Positions 17,201 to 27,068 of a DNA stretch of 64,000 nucleotides are shown one piece after another. The DNA is from Clostridia bacterium (lineage in GTDB: Bacteria; Bacillota; Clostridia; Christensenellales; CAG-917), in assembly GCA_017461985.1 (NCBI GenBank), contig JAFTSA010000006.1:110-64109 (forward strand). Reading direction: 5' to 3'. The position numbers and the translations under genes were made by a program. Positions within the stretch are counted from its first letter, which is position 1; each line of letters begins with the position of its first letter. The notes beneath the pieces are model-generated. The model made no database searches, was not told the origin of the DNA, and was given only the letters and a program-made list of their open reading frames with translations.

Positions 17201-19273
17201 TTACAGTTTCATACACACTGACCATGCGCCCCAAATGACAGAGCGGAGGTTGCCCACTTTTTCTGCATCGCCGAGGACGTGGATATGTCTGCCTTTTGCG
17301 GTGAGAGGTGCGGGATTGTAGCCGACGGACAAGATGACGTCATCCTTTTCAACGTCAAAGGTTTTGCCGTCTTTGTCGCGGAGAGTGACTGTTGTGTCGT
17401 TGATTGAAACAAGTGCTGTTTCAAGGTGCACGGGCACTTTGTTTGTCTTGAAGAAGTCACGGAGATAGCTGGTGTTGGCAAGGCAGATACCCTTTGTTGT
17501 GATGAGGTCGTCTTGCATTTCAACGATGACGGGCTTCTTGCCTGCAAGGTAGAGGTCGTATGCGATTTCGCAACCAGTGAGACCGCCACCGATGACAACA
17601 ACTCTGTCACCAACGGGCTTGTTGCCGAGGAGATAATCCACTGCTTCAACGGCTGTGTCTGCGCCCTTGACAGGGATGCTTTTTGCCTTTGCGCCTGTTG
17701 CGATGATGACTTCGTCTGCGCCGAGAGCATTGACGTCTTTGACTTCAGTGTTCAACTTGACTTCGATTGTAGGATACTTTGAAAGTTCGCGGATATACCA
17801 AGCAATGAGGGCTCTGTCCTTTTCCTTGAAGGAAGGTGCAGATGCTGCAATAAACACACCGCCCAACTTGTCGGTTTTTTCATAAAGAGTGACTTTATGT
17901 CCACGTTTTGCAAGAAGAAGTGCCGATTCCATACCGCCGATGCCACCGCCGATGATTGCAATGTTCTTCACTTTCTTGGCAGGTGCGACGTAATATTTCT
18001 TTGATTGCATTGTTTCAGGGTTCAGTGCGCAACGGGCAAGTCCCATAGTGTCGGGGAGGTCTTGGGTGTTGGCGTGGCCCTTTGATGATGAGAAGTTGAA
18101 GCAACCGCTATGGCAACAAATGCAGGGTTTGATGTCTTCAACTCTGTCTTCGATGATCTTTGTGATCCATTCGGGGTCGGTGAGGAATTGACGTGCAACG
18201 CCCACTGCGTCAATACGTCCTTCTGCAACTGCTTGTGCGCCCACTTCTGCGTCCATTCTGCCTGCGCAAACCACAGGGATATTGACGAATTTCTTGATGT
18301 GAGCAACGTCTTCGAGGTTGCAGTTTTCAGGCATATACATAGGGGGATGTGCCCAGTACCATGAGTCGTAAGTGCCGTTGTCTGCATTGAGCATATCGTA
18401 GCCTGCTTCTTCAAGGAACTTGACTGCCTTTTCAGATTCTTCCATATCACGGCCAACTTCAACATAGTCTTCGCCGGGCATTGCGCCTTCGCAGAAACCT
18501 TTCATCTTTGACTCAACTGAGTAGCGGAGGGACACGGGATAGTCGTCACCGCAGACGGCTTTGATTGCCTTGACGATTTCTGCAGCAAAGCGATAGCGGT
18601 TTTCAAAGCTTCCGCCGTATTCGTCAGTACGCTTGTTGAAGAACTCGATGGCGAATTGGTCAAGGAGATATCCTTCGTGGACTGCGTGGACTTCAACGCC
18701 GTCAACACCTGCGTCCTTGCAGAGTTTTGCCGTCTTTGCAAATGCTTCGATGATTTCGTGGATTTGCTCAACGGTGATTTCAGGACATTCGATGTCGTGT
18801 GCCCAGCGTGAAGGTTGAGGGGAAGGAGATGCCAGTTCGTGTGAGGTGTCGATGATGGGCTTGATGAGGGCTCTTGTCACCTTGTTTTTGTGGAGAGGTG
18901 CAATGAGTTCAGTGATTGCCCAGGAGCGTCCCATACCTGCGGTCAGTTGCACAAACAACTTTGCGCCAGTCTCGTGGATCTCGTCCATAAAGTCTTTGAG
19001 GTCCTTGAACATTTTGGGGTTTTGCCACAGCCACTTTCCCCAGAAAGTATCGCGGACAGGTGCGATGCCGGGGATGATGAGGCCAACGTTGTTGTTGGCT
19101 CTTTCAAGGAAGAGTTTGGCTGCTTCCTTGTCGAAGTGACAGCCCGTAAGTTCAAACCAACCGAAGAGAGAAGTGCCACCCATAGGGCACATCACGATAC
19201 GGTTTTTGATCTCAACGTTGCCAATTTTCCAAGGTGTAAATAACGCCTCGTATTTTTTGTCCGTCTTGTTCAT
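17201..19273 (-). CDS. Old-yellow-enzyme / 2-enoate (2,4-dienoyl-CoA) reductase-like flavoprotein with C-terminal FAD/NAD(P) domain
   Basis: 690 aa. N-terminal OYE TIM-barrel signature (LFTPWKIGNVEIKNRIVMCPMG). Cys cluster CICCHSGC. GGGIGG dinucleotide-binding motif in the C-terminal half. Confidence 0.8.
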   Translation of the reverse strand: MNKTDKKYEALFTPWKIGNVEIKNRIVMCPMGGTSLFGWFELTGCHFDKEAAKLFLERANNNVGLIIPGIAPVRDTFWGKWLWQNPKMFKDLKDFMDEIHETGAKLFVQLTAGMGRSWAITELIAPLHKNKVTRALIKPIIDTSHELASPSPQPSRWAHDIECPEITVEQIHEIIEAFAKTAKLCKDAGVDGVEVHAVHEGYLLDQFAIEFFNKRTDEYGGSFENRYRFAAEIVKAIKAVCGDDYPVSLRYSVESKMKGFCEGAMPGEDYVEVGRDMEESEKAVKFLEEAGYDMLNADNGTYDSWYWAHPPMYMPENCNLEDVAHIKKFVNIPVVCAGRMDAEVGAQAVAEGRIDAVGVARQFLTDPEWITKIIEDRVEDIKPCICCHSGCFNFSSSKGHANTQDLPDTMGLARCALNPETMQSKKYYVAPAKKVKNIAIIGGGIGGMESALLLAKRGHKVTLYEKTDKLGGVFIAASAPSFKEKDRALIAWYIRELSKYPTIEVKLNTEVKDVNALGADEVIIATGAKAKSIPVKGADTAVEAVDYLLGNKPVGDRVVVIGGGLTGCEIAYDLYLAGKKPVIVEMQDDLITTKGICLANTSYLRDFFKTNKVPVHLETALVSINDTTVTLRDKDGKTFDVEKDDVILSVGYNPAPLTAKGRHIHVLGDAEKVGNLRSVIWGAWSVCMKL

Positions 19274-19333
19274 AAAATTCCTCTTTATATAAAGTTTTCT
19301 TTGCTCTGGTTTTGCCGTAGTTCACAGTAGAAC

Positions 19334-19360
19334 TTTGATATACTAAAAGTATATATCAAA
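19334..19360. promoter_or_regulatory. Candidate operator palindrome upstream of the reductase/AcnX operon
   Basis: TTTGATATAC-TAAAA-GTATATATCAAA, 60-90 bp upstream of the start codon at 19273. Confidence 0.3.
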
Positions 19361-19482
19361 GAAATTTGATAGTCAATAGCGACATCCACTAAATAACAAT
19401 ACAAAATCGCAATATTATTTGAATAAAATCCTGTGAAAAACCTCTCTTTGCCTATGAATTTGCGCTCTACGCAAAATAATCT

Positions 19483-19511
19483 TTGATTTATTGAGCAGTG
19501 TGTAGTAAAAT
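19483..19511 (+). promoter_or_regulatory. Sigma-A type promoter for pepO
   Basis: TTGATT, 17-nt spacer, TAAAAT. Confidence 0.5.
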
Positions 19512-19565
19512 ATAGTGGATAGGCACTTTTGCCTCAATTTGAAAATTCAATTTAAGGAGAAATAT

Positions 19566-21464
19566 ATGGAAAAGGTTAGAATTCAAGACGATCTTTACAC
19601 TCACGTAAACCAAGAAACTCTTGACCAACTTGTTATCCCCGATGACAAACCCACCGCAGGCGGTTTTGCAGTTTTGGCAGACGGCGTTGAAAAGTTGATG
19701 ATGGACGAGTTCAACGAAATGAGCGCAAGCGGAAATTATCCCAACGACTATTTGAAAAGAGCAGTCACCCTTTTCAACCTGGCAGGCGACGCAAAGAGAA
19801 AGGCTCGTCACGGCATCAAGCCCGCATTGAAAAACTTGTCAATCCTTGCCAAAATCAAGGACGTCAAAGCATTTGGCAGATATTATAAGGAACTGAAACT
19901 CCGCAGAATCCCCGTGCCCTTCGACCTTGACGTTGACACAGATATGAAAAACACCGAAAGACACTGCGTCATGATCAGTGGCCCCGGCGTCATCCTTCCC
20001 GATGCATCATATTATAAGGAAGAAATGGCAGGTCAAAGAGACGCTCTCCTCGCTATGTGGTCAAACATCGCAAAGGCAATCCTTGCTCAAACCGACCTCA
20101 CCGCAGAAGAACAAGAACTCTACCTCAACGACACCTTGGCATTTGATAGAGCACTCGCAGGCGTGGTCAAGACAAGAGAAGAGTGGTCCAACTATATCAA
20201 GGCATACAACCCTATGAAGACCTCTCGTGTTGCAACAATGCTGAAGACCGCCAACTTTAGAAGAGTCCTCAAGGACCTCTTTGGTGAACTTCCTGAAACA
20301 GTCATCGTTGCAGAGCCCAGATTCTTCAAGGCTTTCACCTCAATCTTCAACCAAGAAACCTTTGAACAATACAAGCACTGGGCATACGTCACCGGTCTGT
20401 ATGGCTCATGCTCACTGCTTTCAGAAGAATTGAGAGATTTGGGCGGAGCATTTATGCGCGCACTTTCAGGCATCGCAGCAAGCACCCCCATCAACAAGTT
20501 TGCATATCAACTTGCATCACAAATGTACTCAGAGCCCGTTGGCCTCTACTATGGTGAAAAGTACTTCGGCGAAGAAGCAAAGAAGGACATCATTGACATC
20601 GTTCAACAAATCATCGACACCTACAAGTCACGCATTGAAAAGAACGATATCCTCGGCCCCGAAACCAAGGAAAAGGCAATCTTGAAGCTGTCAACAATGG
20701 GCGTCAAAATGGGTTATCCCGACAAGGTGCAAGAAATCTACGACAAACTTGTCTTTGATGAAAAGAAATCACTGTTTGACGTGGTTCGCTCACTGGGCAG
20801 AATTAGAACCCTTGAAAACCTTGCAAAACTGAACAAGCCCACTGACCCCACCATTTGGCCTATGCCCGGACACATGGTCAACGCTTGCTACAATCCTTCC
20901 GTCAACGACATCACCGTCCCCGCAGCAATCCTTCAAGCACCCTTCTATTCATTGAAACAAACAAGAAGTGAAAACTTGGGTGGTATCGGCGCAGTCATCG
21001 GTCACGAAATATCCCACGCATTTGACTCCAACGGCGCAAAGTGCGATGAAAAGGGCAACATCAACAACTGGTGGACAAAGGACGATGAAAGACGCTTCAA
21101 AACAAAGGTCAATGCAATGGTCAAGCAATTTGACGGCATCGAACTTCCTTGTGGCACTGTCAACGGCAAGTTTATCGTCAGCGAAAACATGGCAGACAAC
21201 GGTGGTATGGCAGTCACCATCGAAATTATGAACAAGACCGAAGGCTCATCCTTTGAAGAATACTTCACCAACTGGGCAAAAGTTTGGTGTCAAAAGGCAA
21301 AGCCTGAATATGAGCAACTTCTCCTGAAAGTTGACGTTCACGGACCTCACATTCTCCGCGCCAACATCCCTCCCAGAAACTTCCCCGAATGGTATTCCAC
21401 CTTCAACGTGAAGAAGACAGACAAGATGTATATAGCCCCCTCAAAACGTATAATTATATGGTAA
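19566..21464 (+). CDS. pepO: M13-family zinc metalloendopeptidase (PepO-like)
   Basis: 632 aa from ATG 19566 (GGAGA RBS). HEISHAFD zinc motif and ENMADNGG motif. Confidence 0.85.
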   Translation: MEKVRIQDDLYTHVNQETLDQLVIPDDKPTAGGFAVLADGVEKLMMDEFNEMSASGNYPNDYLKRAVTLFNLAGDAKRKARHGIKPALKNLSILAKIKDVKAFGRYYKELKLRRIPVPFDLDVDTDMKNTERHCVMISGPGVILPDASYYKEEMAGQRDALLAMWSNIAKAILAQTDLTAEEQELYLNDTLAFDRALAGVVKTREEWSNYIKAYNPMKTSRVATMLKTANFRRVLKDLFGELPETVIVAEPRFFKAFTSIFNQETFEQYKHWAYVTGLYGSCSLLSEELRDLGGAFMRALSGIAASTPINKFAYQLASQMYSEPVGLYYGEKYFGEEAKKDIIDIVQQIIDTYKSRIEKNDILGPETKEKAILKLSTMGVKMGYPDKVQEIYDKLVFDEKKSLFDVVRSLGRIRTLENLAKLNKPTDPTIWPMPGHMVNACYNPSVNDITVPAAILQAPFYSLKQTRSENLGGIGAVIGHEISHAFDSNGAKCDEKGNINNWWTKDDERRFKTKVNAMVKQFDGIELPCGTVNGKFIVSENMADNGGMAVTIEIMNKTEGSSFEEYFTNWAKVWCQKAKPEYEQLLLKVDVHGPHILRANIPPRNFPEWYSTFNVKKTDKMYIAPSKRIIIW

Positions 21465-21550
21465 GTTGACGAATAAAAAGCAGTTTACGTTGCAAAAACG
21501 ACAACTTAAACTACCAAATCTTACAAAACAATCAAACAAAACAAAAACAA

Positions 21551-21580
21551 AAGCGGACTCAAATGAGCCCGCTTTTTTTG
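21551..21580. terminator. Bidirectional intrinsic terminator
   Basis: AGCGGACTC-AAAT-GAGCCCGCT followed by a T-run, between convergent genes. Confidence 0.7.
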
Positions 21581-21591
21581 TGTCGTATCGG

Positions 21592-23466
21592 TTATTCCGG
21601 AGTGACGGTGTACGTTCCGTCAGTGCAGACTATGGTGTATGATGAGGACTCATAGCGAGTGTCAATTTGTACTAGGCTTGTCCATTTATCATAAGTGCCG
21701 TTGTATGTGACTTCCACTGATTGAGAACTAAAATACATTGCTGTGGTGAATATGGTTGTCAATGTTGAGGGCAAGGAAACCTTTTCAAGGCTTGTGCACT
21801 CGCTGAAAGTGTGTGTTTCGATGTGCTCAAAACCTTCTTCAAAAACGACATTTTTGAGAGATGTGCAACCTTTGAAAAGCTCGGTGCCAGTCTTTTTCAC
21901 AGAGCCTGGGATGACAACATTTTTGAGAGATGTGCAGTATTGGAAAGCGCAATTTGCGATTTCATTGAGAGTGGTTGAAAGCGTCAATGTTTCTAATGAA
22001 GAACAGTAGTTAAATGCGCCATATTCTATCATCTTGACGGAGTTGGGCATGACAAGTTCCTTCAAAGATGTGCACTCATAAAACGCTTCGCGTCCAATGT
22101 TTTCAAGTTGTGAATTGTCGCTGAAGGTGATTGTTTCAAGGTTGGTGCAACCCCTAAACAAAGATTCGTCCAAAGTCTTTACGTGAGAGGGAATATTTAT
22201 GGTGGTCAGAGATATGCAGCCATTAAATGTGTTTGGACCAAATTCTTCAAGATTTTCTGGTAAAGTGACGGATGTCAATGAAGTACAACCAGAAAAAGTC
22301 CTTCCTCTAAACGATGAAACTGAGTCGGGAATTTTAACGACTTTCAAACTTGTGCAACCCTCAAACATGCCTACTCCAAGTCTTTTGATGCCATATGGAA
22401 TTGTCACATCGACCAAACTTTCACAGCAGTAGAAAGCAAAGTCATTGACAAAACTTATGTTGGGAGATAGAGCCGCAGATTTTAAACTTGTACAATATGA
22501 AAACGCGCCGTAGCCTATGTCTACTATGGTGTTTGGCAAAACAACAGATTCAATGCCAGTGTAACCAAATGCACCAGTGCCAATATATTTAAGCTTTCCA
22601 TCCGTGGCAAAATTTATGGTTTTCAGCTGTGAACACATATTAAATGCGCCTTGCTCTACAAATGCCAAACTCGCTGGAAAAGTGATTGATTTAAGAGCAC
22701 TACATCCTCTGAAACAAGAATCAGGAATTTTGCTTAAACCTTCTGGGAGGTTGATTTGTTTCAAAGCACGACAATTTTGGAAAGCAGAGACCCCAAATTT
22801 GTTAATGGTTGAGGGGAGTGTGATGTCCGATAGAGCAGTACAGTCGCTGAAAGCATAATCCCCAATTGATTCTAGCTTTTCGGGCAACTTGATGCTTTTA
22901 AGGCGAGTGCACATAGAAAATGCGTTGCTTGGGATAGCTGTAATTTTGCTTCCACTTTCGAAAATAACAGCAGTGATATGTTTTAGATTTTCATTGCTTT
23001 CGGCTGTATATTTGGTGACATAATTGGGAATCACCAATGTTGTGGGAGCATTATCCTTGACACCTGTAATTTTACAAGTGTTATCAGTGGAGACAAATTC
23101 AAAGTATTTCATTTCTTCTTTGGGTGTCCAACGTGCAAACAACACCAAACCAGCTCTTTTGACGGGAAATCGCTTTTCCCATTTTGTGCCGAGAATGTAG
23201 TTGCCGTTCAGTACGCCATCAACCATATACCAGCCTTCAAAGTCGCAACCGAGATGTTGTTCGGGCTCGCTTACATCAACTTGTCTATGGTTTGTGGTGA
23301 CAAATTTTGTGTTGAATTCGCCAGTGGTGGGGTCTTGGATGATAAGAGTGACGTCAAACTCCTGAAAATCCACGTGCCTAAATCCCGTGTCAGAGCAGGC
23401 GGAAAAAACAAGAAGTGACAACAGTGCCACGGCAAATATTGTGAATATAAGGATAGGTTTTTTCAT
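21592..23466 (-). CDS. Surface lipoprotein with BspA-type leucine-rich repeats
   Basis: 624 aa. Lipobox VFSAC|S. N-terminal GW..W module. About 20 LRR_5-like units (F..CtsLk.v.iP.sv..Ig..aF). AT-richer codon usage than the 5890 paralog class. Confidence 0.8.
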   Translation of the reverse strand: MKKPILIFTIFAVALLSLLVFSACSDTGFRHVDFQEFDVTLIIQDPTTGEFNTKFVTTNHRQVDVSEPEQHLGCDFEGWYMVDGVLNGNYILGTKWEKRFPVKRAGLVLFARWTPKEEMKYFEFVSTDNTCKITGVKDNAPTTLVIPNYVTKYTAESNENLKHITAVIFESGSKITAIPSNAFSMCTRLKSIKLPEKLESIGDYAFSDCTALSDITLPSTINKFGVSAFQNCRALKQINLPEGLSKIPDSCFRGCSALKSITFPASLAFVEQGAFNMCSQLKTINFATDGKLKYIGTGAFGYTGIESVVLPNTIVDIGYGAFSYCTSLKSAALSPNISFVNDFAFYCCESLVDVTIPYGIKRLGVGMFEGCTSLKVVKIPDSVSSFRGRTFSGCTSLTSVTLPENLEEFGPNTFNGCISLTTINIPSHVKTLDESLFRGCTNLETITFSDNSQLENIGREAFYECTSLKELVMPNSVKMIEYGAFNYCSSLETLTLSTTLNEIANCAFQYCTSLKNVVIPGSVKKTGTELFKGCTSLKNVVFEEGFEHIETHTFSECTSLEKVSLPSTLTTIFTTAMYFSSQSVEVTYNGTYDKWTSLVQIDTRYESSSYTIVCTDGTYTVTPE

Positions 23467-23545
23467 AGTTCTCCTTTTGCATCGGTGCGCTTGTGTACAA
23501 AATTATAATGGGCGCGCAGGCGCGTGTCAATAGGGCTGTTTGTTT

Positions 23546-24409
23546 TTACACAGTTTTCATAAGGTGGAAATATTGCTTTGGAGTCAGGTCAAATTCCTTT
23601 TTGAAGGCGCGGAAAAAGTGGGTGTAATCTGAAAATCCACAGCGTACGTAAACATCAGTTATGGACAGACCTTGCTCAATCAATTCCTTGGACATAAGAA
23701 GACGTTTTTTCAGGATATAACTGTGGGGTGAAACGCCGGTTTCCTCTTTGAAAAGATGGGCAAAATAATACTTGTTGGTATAGAGGGCATTTGATATGTC
23801 GTCAAGGGTGATTGACTCGGTTAGATGCTCTGAAATATACTCGATTGCACGGGATATAATCTTGGATTGTTCCGCTTGTTTTGCTTGTCTGTTTTTAAGA
23901 TAATGCGCACCTAAAAGAGTGAGGGTGTTGATGACGTGATTTTCTGCACTTAGGTCAGCCCCAAAAGAGGTGGAATTTTCACTTTCGATGACTGCAATAA
24001 GCTCGGTCACAAGTTTTTCAGAAAGAGCGGAGTTTCTCACAAGATATGCACCCTTTTCCTTTGCCTTTTGAAAGCAGGTGGCAAGGTCGGTTGAAGGGGA
24101 GGAAAGACGCTTGACGTAGGCAGGATTTATCCACAGCACGATGCGGTCATAGGACTTGCTTCCGTCCTTGACGTTTGGTTGGTGCAGATAGTTTGGGGGA
24201 ATAAGCAAAACGTCCCCCGCTTGCAGACGATATAGGCCGTCCTCAACGATATAGTCAACAGACCCCCCGATGAAGCAATAGACCTCATAAAAATCGTGGG
24301 AGTGCATTTCCACAGTTTTGAAATACTTATCTCGGTAAAGATTTACTTCGAAATCTTTCTTTGACATAAGCTGTGAAGATTTCCATTTTGTGGTGATATT
24401 TTCTCTCAT
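23546..24409 (-). CDS. AraC-family transcriptional regulator (cupin sensor + HTH)
   Basis: 287 aa. C-terminal AraC HTH pattern (SPHSYILKKRL..SKELI...LSITDVY..CGFSDYTHFFRAFKK). Divergent from uxaC. Confidence 0.85.
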   Translation of the reverse strand: MRENITTKWKSSQLMSKKDFEVNLYRDKYFKTVEMHSHDFYEVYCFIGGSVDYIVEDGLYRLQAGDVLLIPPNYLHQPNVKDGSKSYDRIVLWINPAYVKRLSSPSTDLATCFQKAKEKGAYLVRNSALSEKLVTELIAVIESENSTSFGADLSAENHVINTLTLLGAHYLKNRQAKQAEQSKIISRAIEYISEHLTESITLDDISNALYTNKYYFAHLFKEETGVSPHSYILKKRLLMSKELIEQGLSITDVYVRCGFSDYTHFFRAFKKEFDLTPKQYFHLMKTV

Positions 24410-24535
24410 ACTTCAATTTTAACGCAATATAGCAAGATTTGCAAGTTTTTTCGCAATTTTGTCAATTTACTGACAAAAAATGCCGTAGTATAATACAGCC
24501 ATAGAGTAAATATTATCCCATCCATGCGTACGCCG

Positions 24536-24562
24536 TTGTGGTTGCAAAGCGACCACAACGCT
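24536..24562 (+). promoter_or_regulatory. Perfect 9-bp stem-loop in the uxaC leader
   Basis: CGTTGTGGT-TGCAAAGCG-ACCACAACG with no T-run, ~35 nt upstream of ATG 24596. Confidence 0.3.
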
Positions 24563-24595
24563 GCAAAAGACGCAACCTAAAAAAAGGAAGAAAAA

Positions 24596-25981
24596 ATGTT
24601 TTTTAACGACAAAGTTTTTCTTGAAAACGACAAGGCAGTGGAACTTTACGAATACGCAAAGTCCCTGCCTATTTTTGATTATCACTGTCACCTTGCTCCC
24701 CAAGATATCCTTGGCGACAAGGTGTTTTTAAATTTGACGGACTTGTGGCTCAACGGCGACCACTACAAGTGGCGTATTATGAGAGCGTACGGCGTTGACG
24801 AAAAGTTCATCACCGGTGACGGCGATGACAAAGAAAAGTTTTTCCGCTTTGCAGAGGCTTTGCCCCATTTCATCGGCAACCCTGTCTATCACTGGGCGCA
24901 TTTAGAATTGAAAAAGTATTTTGACCTCACTCTCCCCATTTGCCCTAAAAACGCAGAGGAGATTTGGACTCGCACCCTTGAAAAGATGGCGGACGGCAGT
25001 TTTTCTGCAAAGAAATTGATTGAACGTTCAAACGTTTGTGCAGTTGTCACCACAGACGACCCCGTTGACGATCTTTCCGCCCATAGAGCAATTGCAGGAG
25101 AGGATAACCCCTTCAAGGTGCTCCCTTGCTTTAGAGCAGACCGCCTCATCAACATTGACAAGCCTGACTATGCAGATTACGTCAAGAAACTTGGTGAAGT
25201 GGCAGGGGTTGAAATCAAAGGATTCAATGAACTTCTTGAAGCAGTTGAAAGACGTCTTGATTTCTTTGTGGCAAACGGCGCAACTGCAGTGGACATCGGC
25301 ATGGAAGATTTCCCCTTTGGCTACGGTGACGTCAGTCAATGCGACGACATCCTTGAAGACAGACTTGATGAAAAATTCATTGATGATGACGACAAGGCGG
25401 AATTCCAGTTCACCCTTATGGCACATATTGCAAAGATGCTTCGTGATAGAGGCATGGTGATGCAACTGCACGTAGGTGTCATCCGCAACTGCAACACAGT
25501 CCTTTTTGACAGATGTGGTGTTGATGTAGGCGGTGACAGTGTGGCAAACGTCCTCAACGTCAACAATGCAAGGGATTTCCTTGACTACGTTGAGCAAAAC
25601 GGAGGCCTTCCTAAGACAATAATCTACACCCTGAATCCCACAGCATATTATCCCCTTGCCACCCTCATCGGTGATTTCCAAGGAGGAGAAAGAGGCAAGA
25701 TTCAACTGGGTGCAGCCTGGTGGTTTATGGACCATCGTGACGGCATAAAAGAGCAGATGAGAGTGCTATCTTCAACGGGCGGACTTGGTCTCTTCAACGG
25801 TATGCTTACAGACAGCAGAAGTTTCACCTCATACGCTCGACACGACTATTTCCGCAGAATATTCTGCTCACTTGTAGGTGAGTGGGTTGAAAGCGGTGAA
25901 TACCCCGACGACAAGGAAACCCTTGAAAATCTTGTGAAAAACGTTTGCATTGACAATGCAAAAATATATTTTGGAGTTTAA
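24596..25981 (+). CDS. uxaC: Glucuronate isomerase
   Basis: 461 aa. N-terminal L..D.A..LY......PI.DYHCHL signature. Confidence 0.9.
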   Translation: MFFNDKVFLENDKAVELYEYAKSLPIFDYHCHLAPQDILGDKVFLNLTDLWLNGDHYKWRIMRAYGVDEKFITGDGDDKEKFFRFAEALPHFIGNPVYHWAHLELKKYFDLTLPICPKNAEEIWTRTLEKMADGSFSAKKLIERSNVCAVVTTDDPVDDLSAHRAIAGEDNPFKVLPCFRADRLINIDKPDYADYVKKLGEVAGVEIKGFNELLEAVERRLDFFVANGATAVDIGMEDFPFGYGDVSQCDDILEDRLDEKFIDDDDKAEFQFTLMAHIAKMLRDRGMVMQLHVGVIRNCNTVLFDRCGVDVGGDSVANVLNVNNARDFLDYVEQNGGLPKTIIYTLNPTAYYPLATLIGDFQGGERGKIQLGAAWWFMDHRDGIKEQMRVLSSTGGLGLFNGMLTDSRSFTSYARHDYFRRIFCSLVGEWVESGEYPDDKETLENLVKNVCIDNAKIYFGV

Positions 25982-25982
25982 G

Positions 25983-27026
25983 ATGAAACTGACTTTTAGA
26001 TGGTATGGTCTTGGTGACAGAATCCCCCTTGACCACATAAGACAAATCCCCAATATGTACAGTGTCGTGACCGCAGTTTACGACGTGCCCGTTGGCGAAG
26101 TGTGGCCTAGAGAAAGCATTGCAACTCTTGTGAGAGAAGCAGAGGCACATGGACTTAAAGCAGAAGTCATCGAGTCCGTCCCCGTCCACGAAGACATCAA
26201 ACTTGGTCTGCCTACAAGAGACAAGTATATTGCCAACTATTGCGAGAATATTCGTCGTCTTGGTGAAGTGGGTGTCAAGTGCATTTGCTACAACTTCATG
26301 CCCGTCTTTGACTGGACAAGAACACAACTAGACAAGTTGGCAGAAGACGGCTCAACAAGCCTTGTATACTACGGCGAACAACTTGACGGCAAGGACCCTT
26401 TGGTTGATGATATGAACTTGCCCGGTTGGGACGCAAGTTATCAAAAAGAGGACTTAAAACGTCTGTTTGAGCAATATAAAGCCGTGGATAGTGAAAAATT
26501 GTGGGAAAACCTTGGCTACTTCCTTGAACGTATAATCCCCGTTGCAGAGGAGTGTGGCATCAACATGGCAATCCACCCCGACGACCCCCCTTGGGACATC
26601 TTTGGTCTGCCTCGTATCATCACCAACGAGAAGAATATCGACAGATTCCTCTCCCTCGTTGACAGCCCCAATAATGGTCTCACTTTCTGCACAGGCTCAC
26701 TGGGCGCAGACAAAAACAACGACCTTGTTGCAATGACCCGCAAGTACGCAAAGATGGGCAGAATCCACTTTATGCACGTGAGAAATATCCGTGTCTACGA
26801 CAAGGGATTTGAAGAGTGTGCTCACGACCAATCCGCAGGCACTCTTGACATCCTCGGCATTATGAAAGCCCTCTATGACAACAACTTTGACGGCTATCTC
26901 CGCCCCGACCACGGCAGAATGATTTGGGGGGAAGAAGGCAAGCCCGGATACGGTCTTTACGATAGAGCACTGGGTGCAAGTTATATCAACGGCGTATGGG
27001 CAACCCTCAACAGATTCAACAAGTAG
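25983..27026 (+). CDS. uxuA: Mannonate dehydratase
   Basis: 347 aa from ATG 25983 (MKLTFRWYG...). The track ORF start overlaps uxaC. Confidence 0.85.
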   Translation: MKLTFRWYGLGDRIPLDHIRQIPNMYSVVTAVYDVPVGEVWPRESIATLVREAEAHGLKAEVIESVPVHEDIKLGLPTRDKYIANYCENIRRLGEVGVKCICYNFMPVFDWTRTQLDKLAEDGSTSLVYYGEQLDGKDPLVDDMNLPGWDASYQKEDLKRLFEQYKAVDSEKLWENLGYFLERIIPVAEECGINMAIHPDDPPWDIFGLPRIITNEKNIDRFLSLVDSPNNGLTFCTGSLGADKNNDLVAMTRKYAKMGRIHFMHVRNIRVYDKGFEECAHDQSAGTLDILGIMKALYDNNFDGYLRPDHGRMIWGEEGKPGYGLYDRALGASYINGVWATLNRFNK

Positions 27027-27068
27027 TCAAAAAAACCGAAACAAAACCCTAAAAGGGAAAGGATAATT

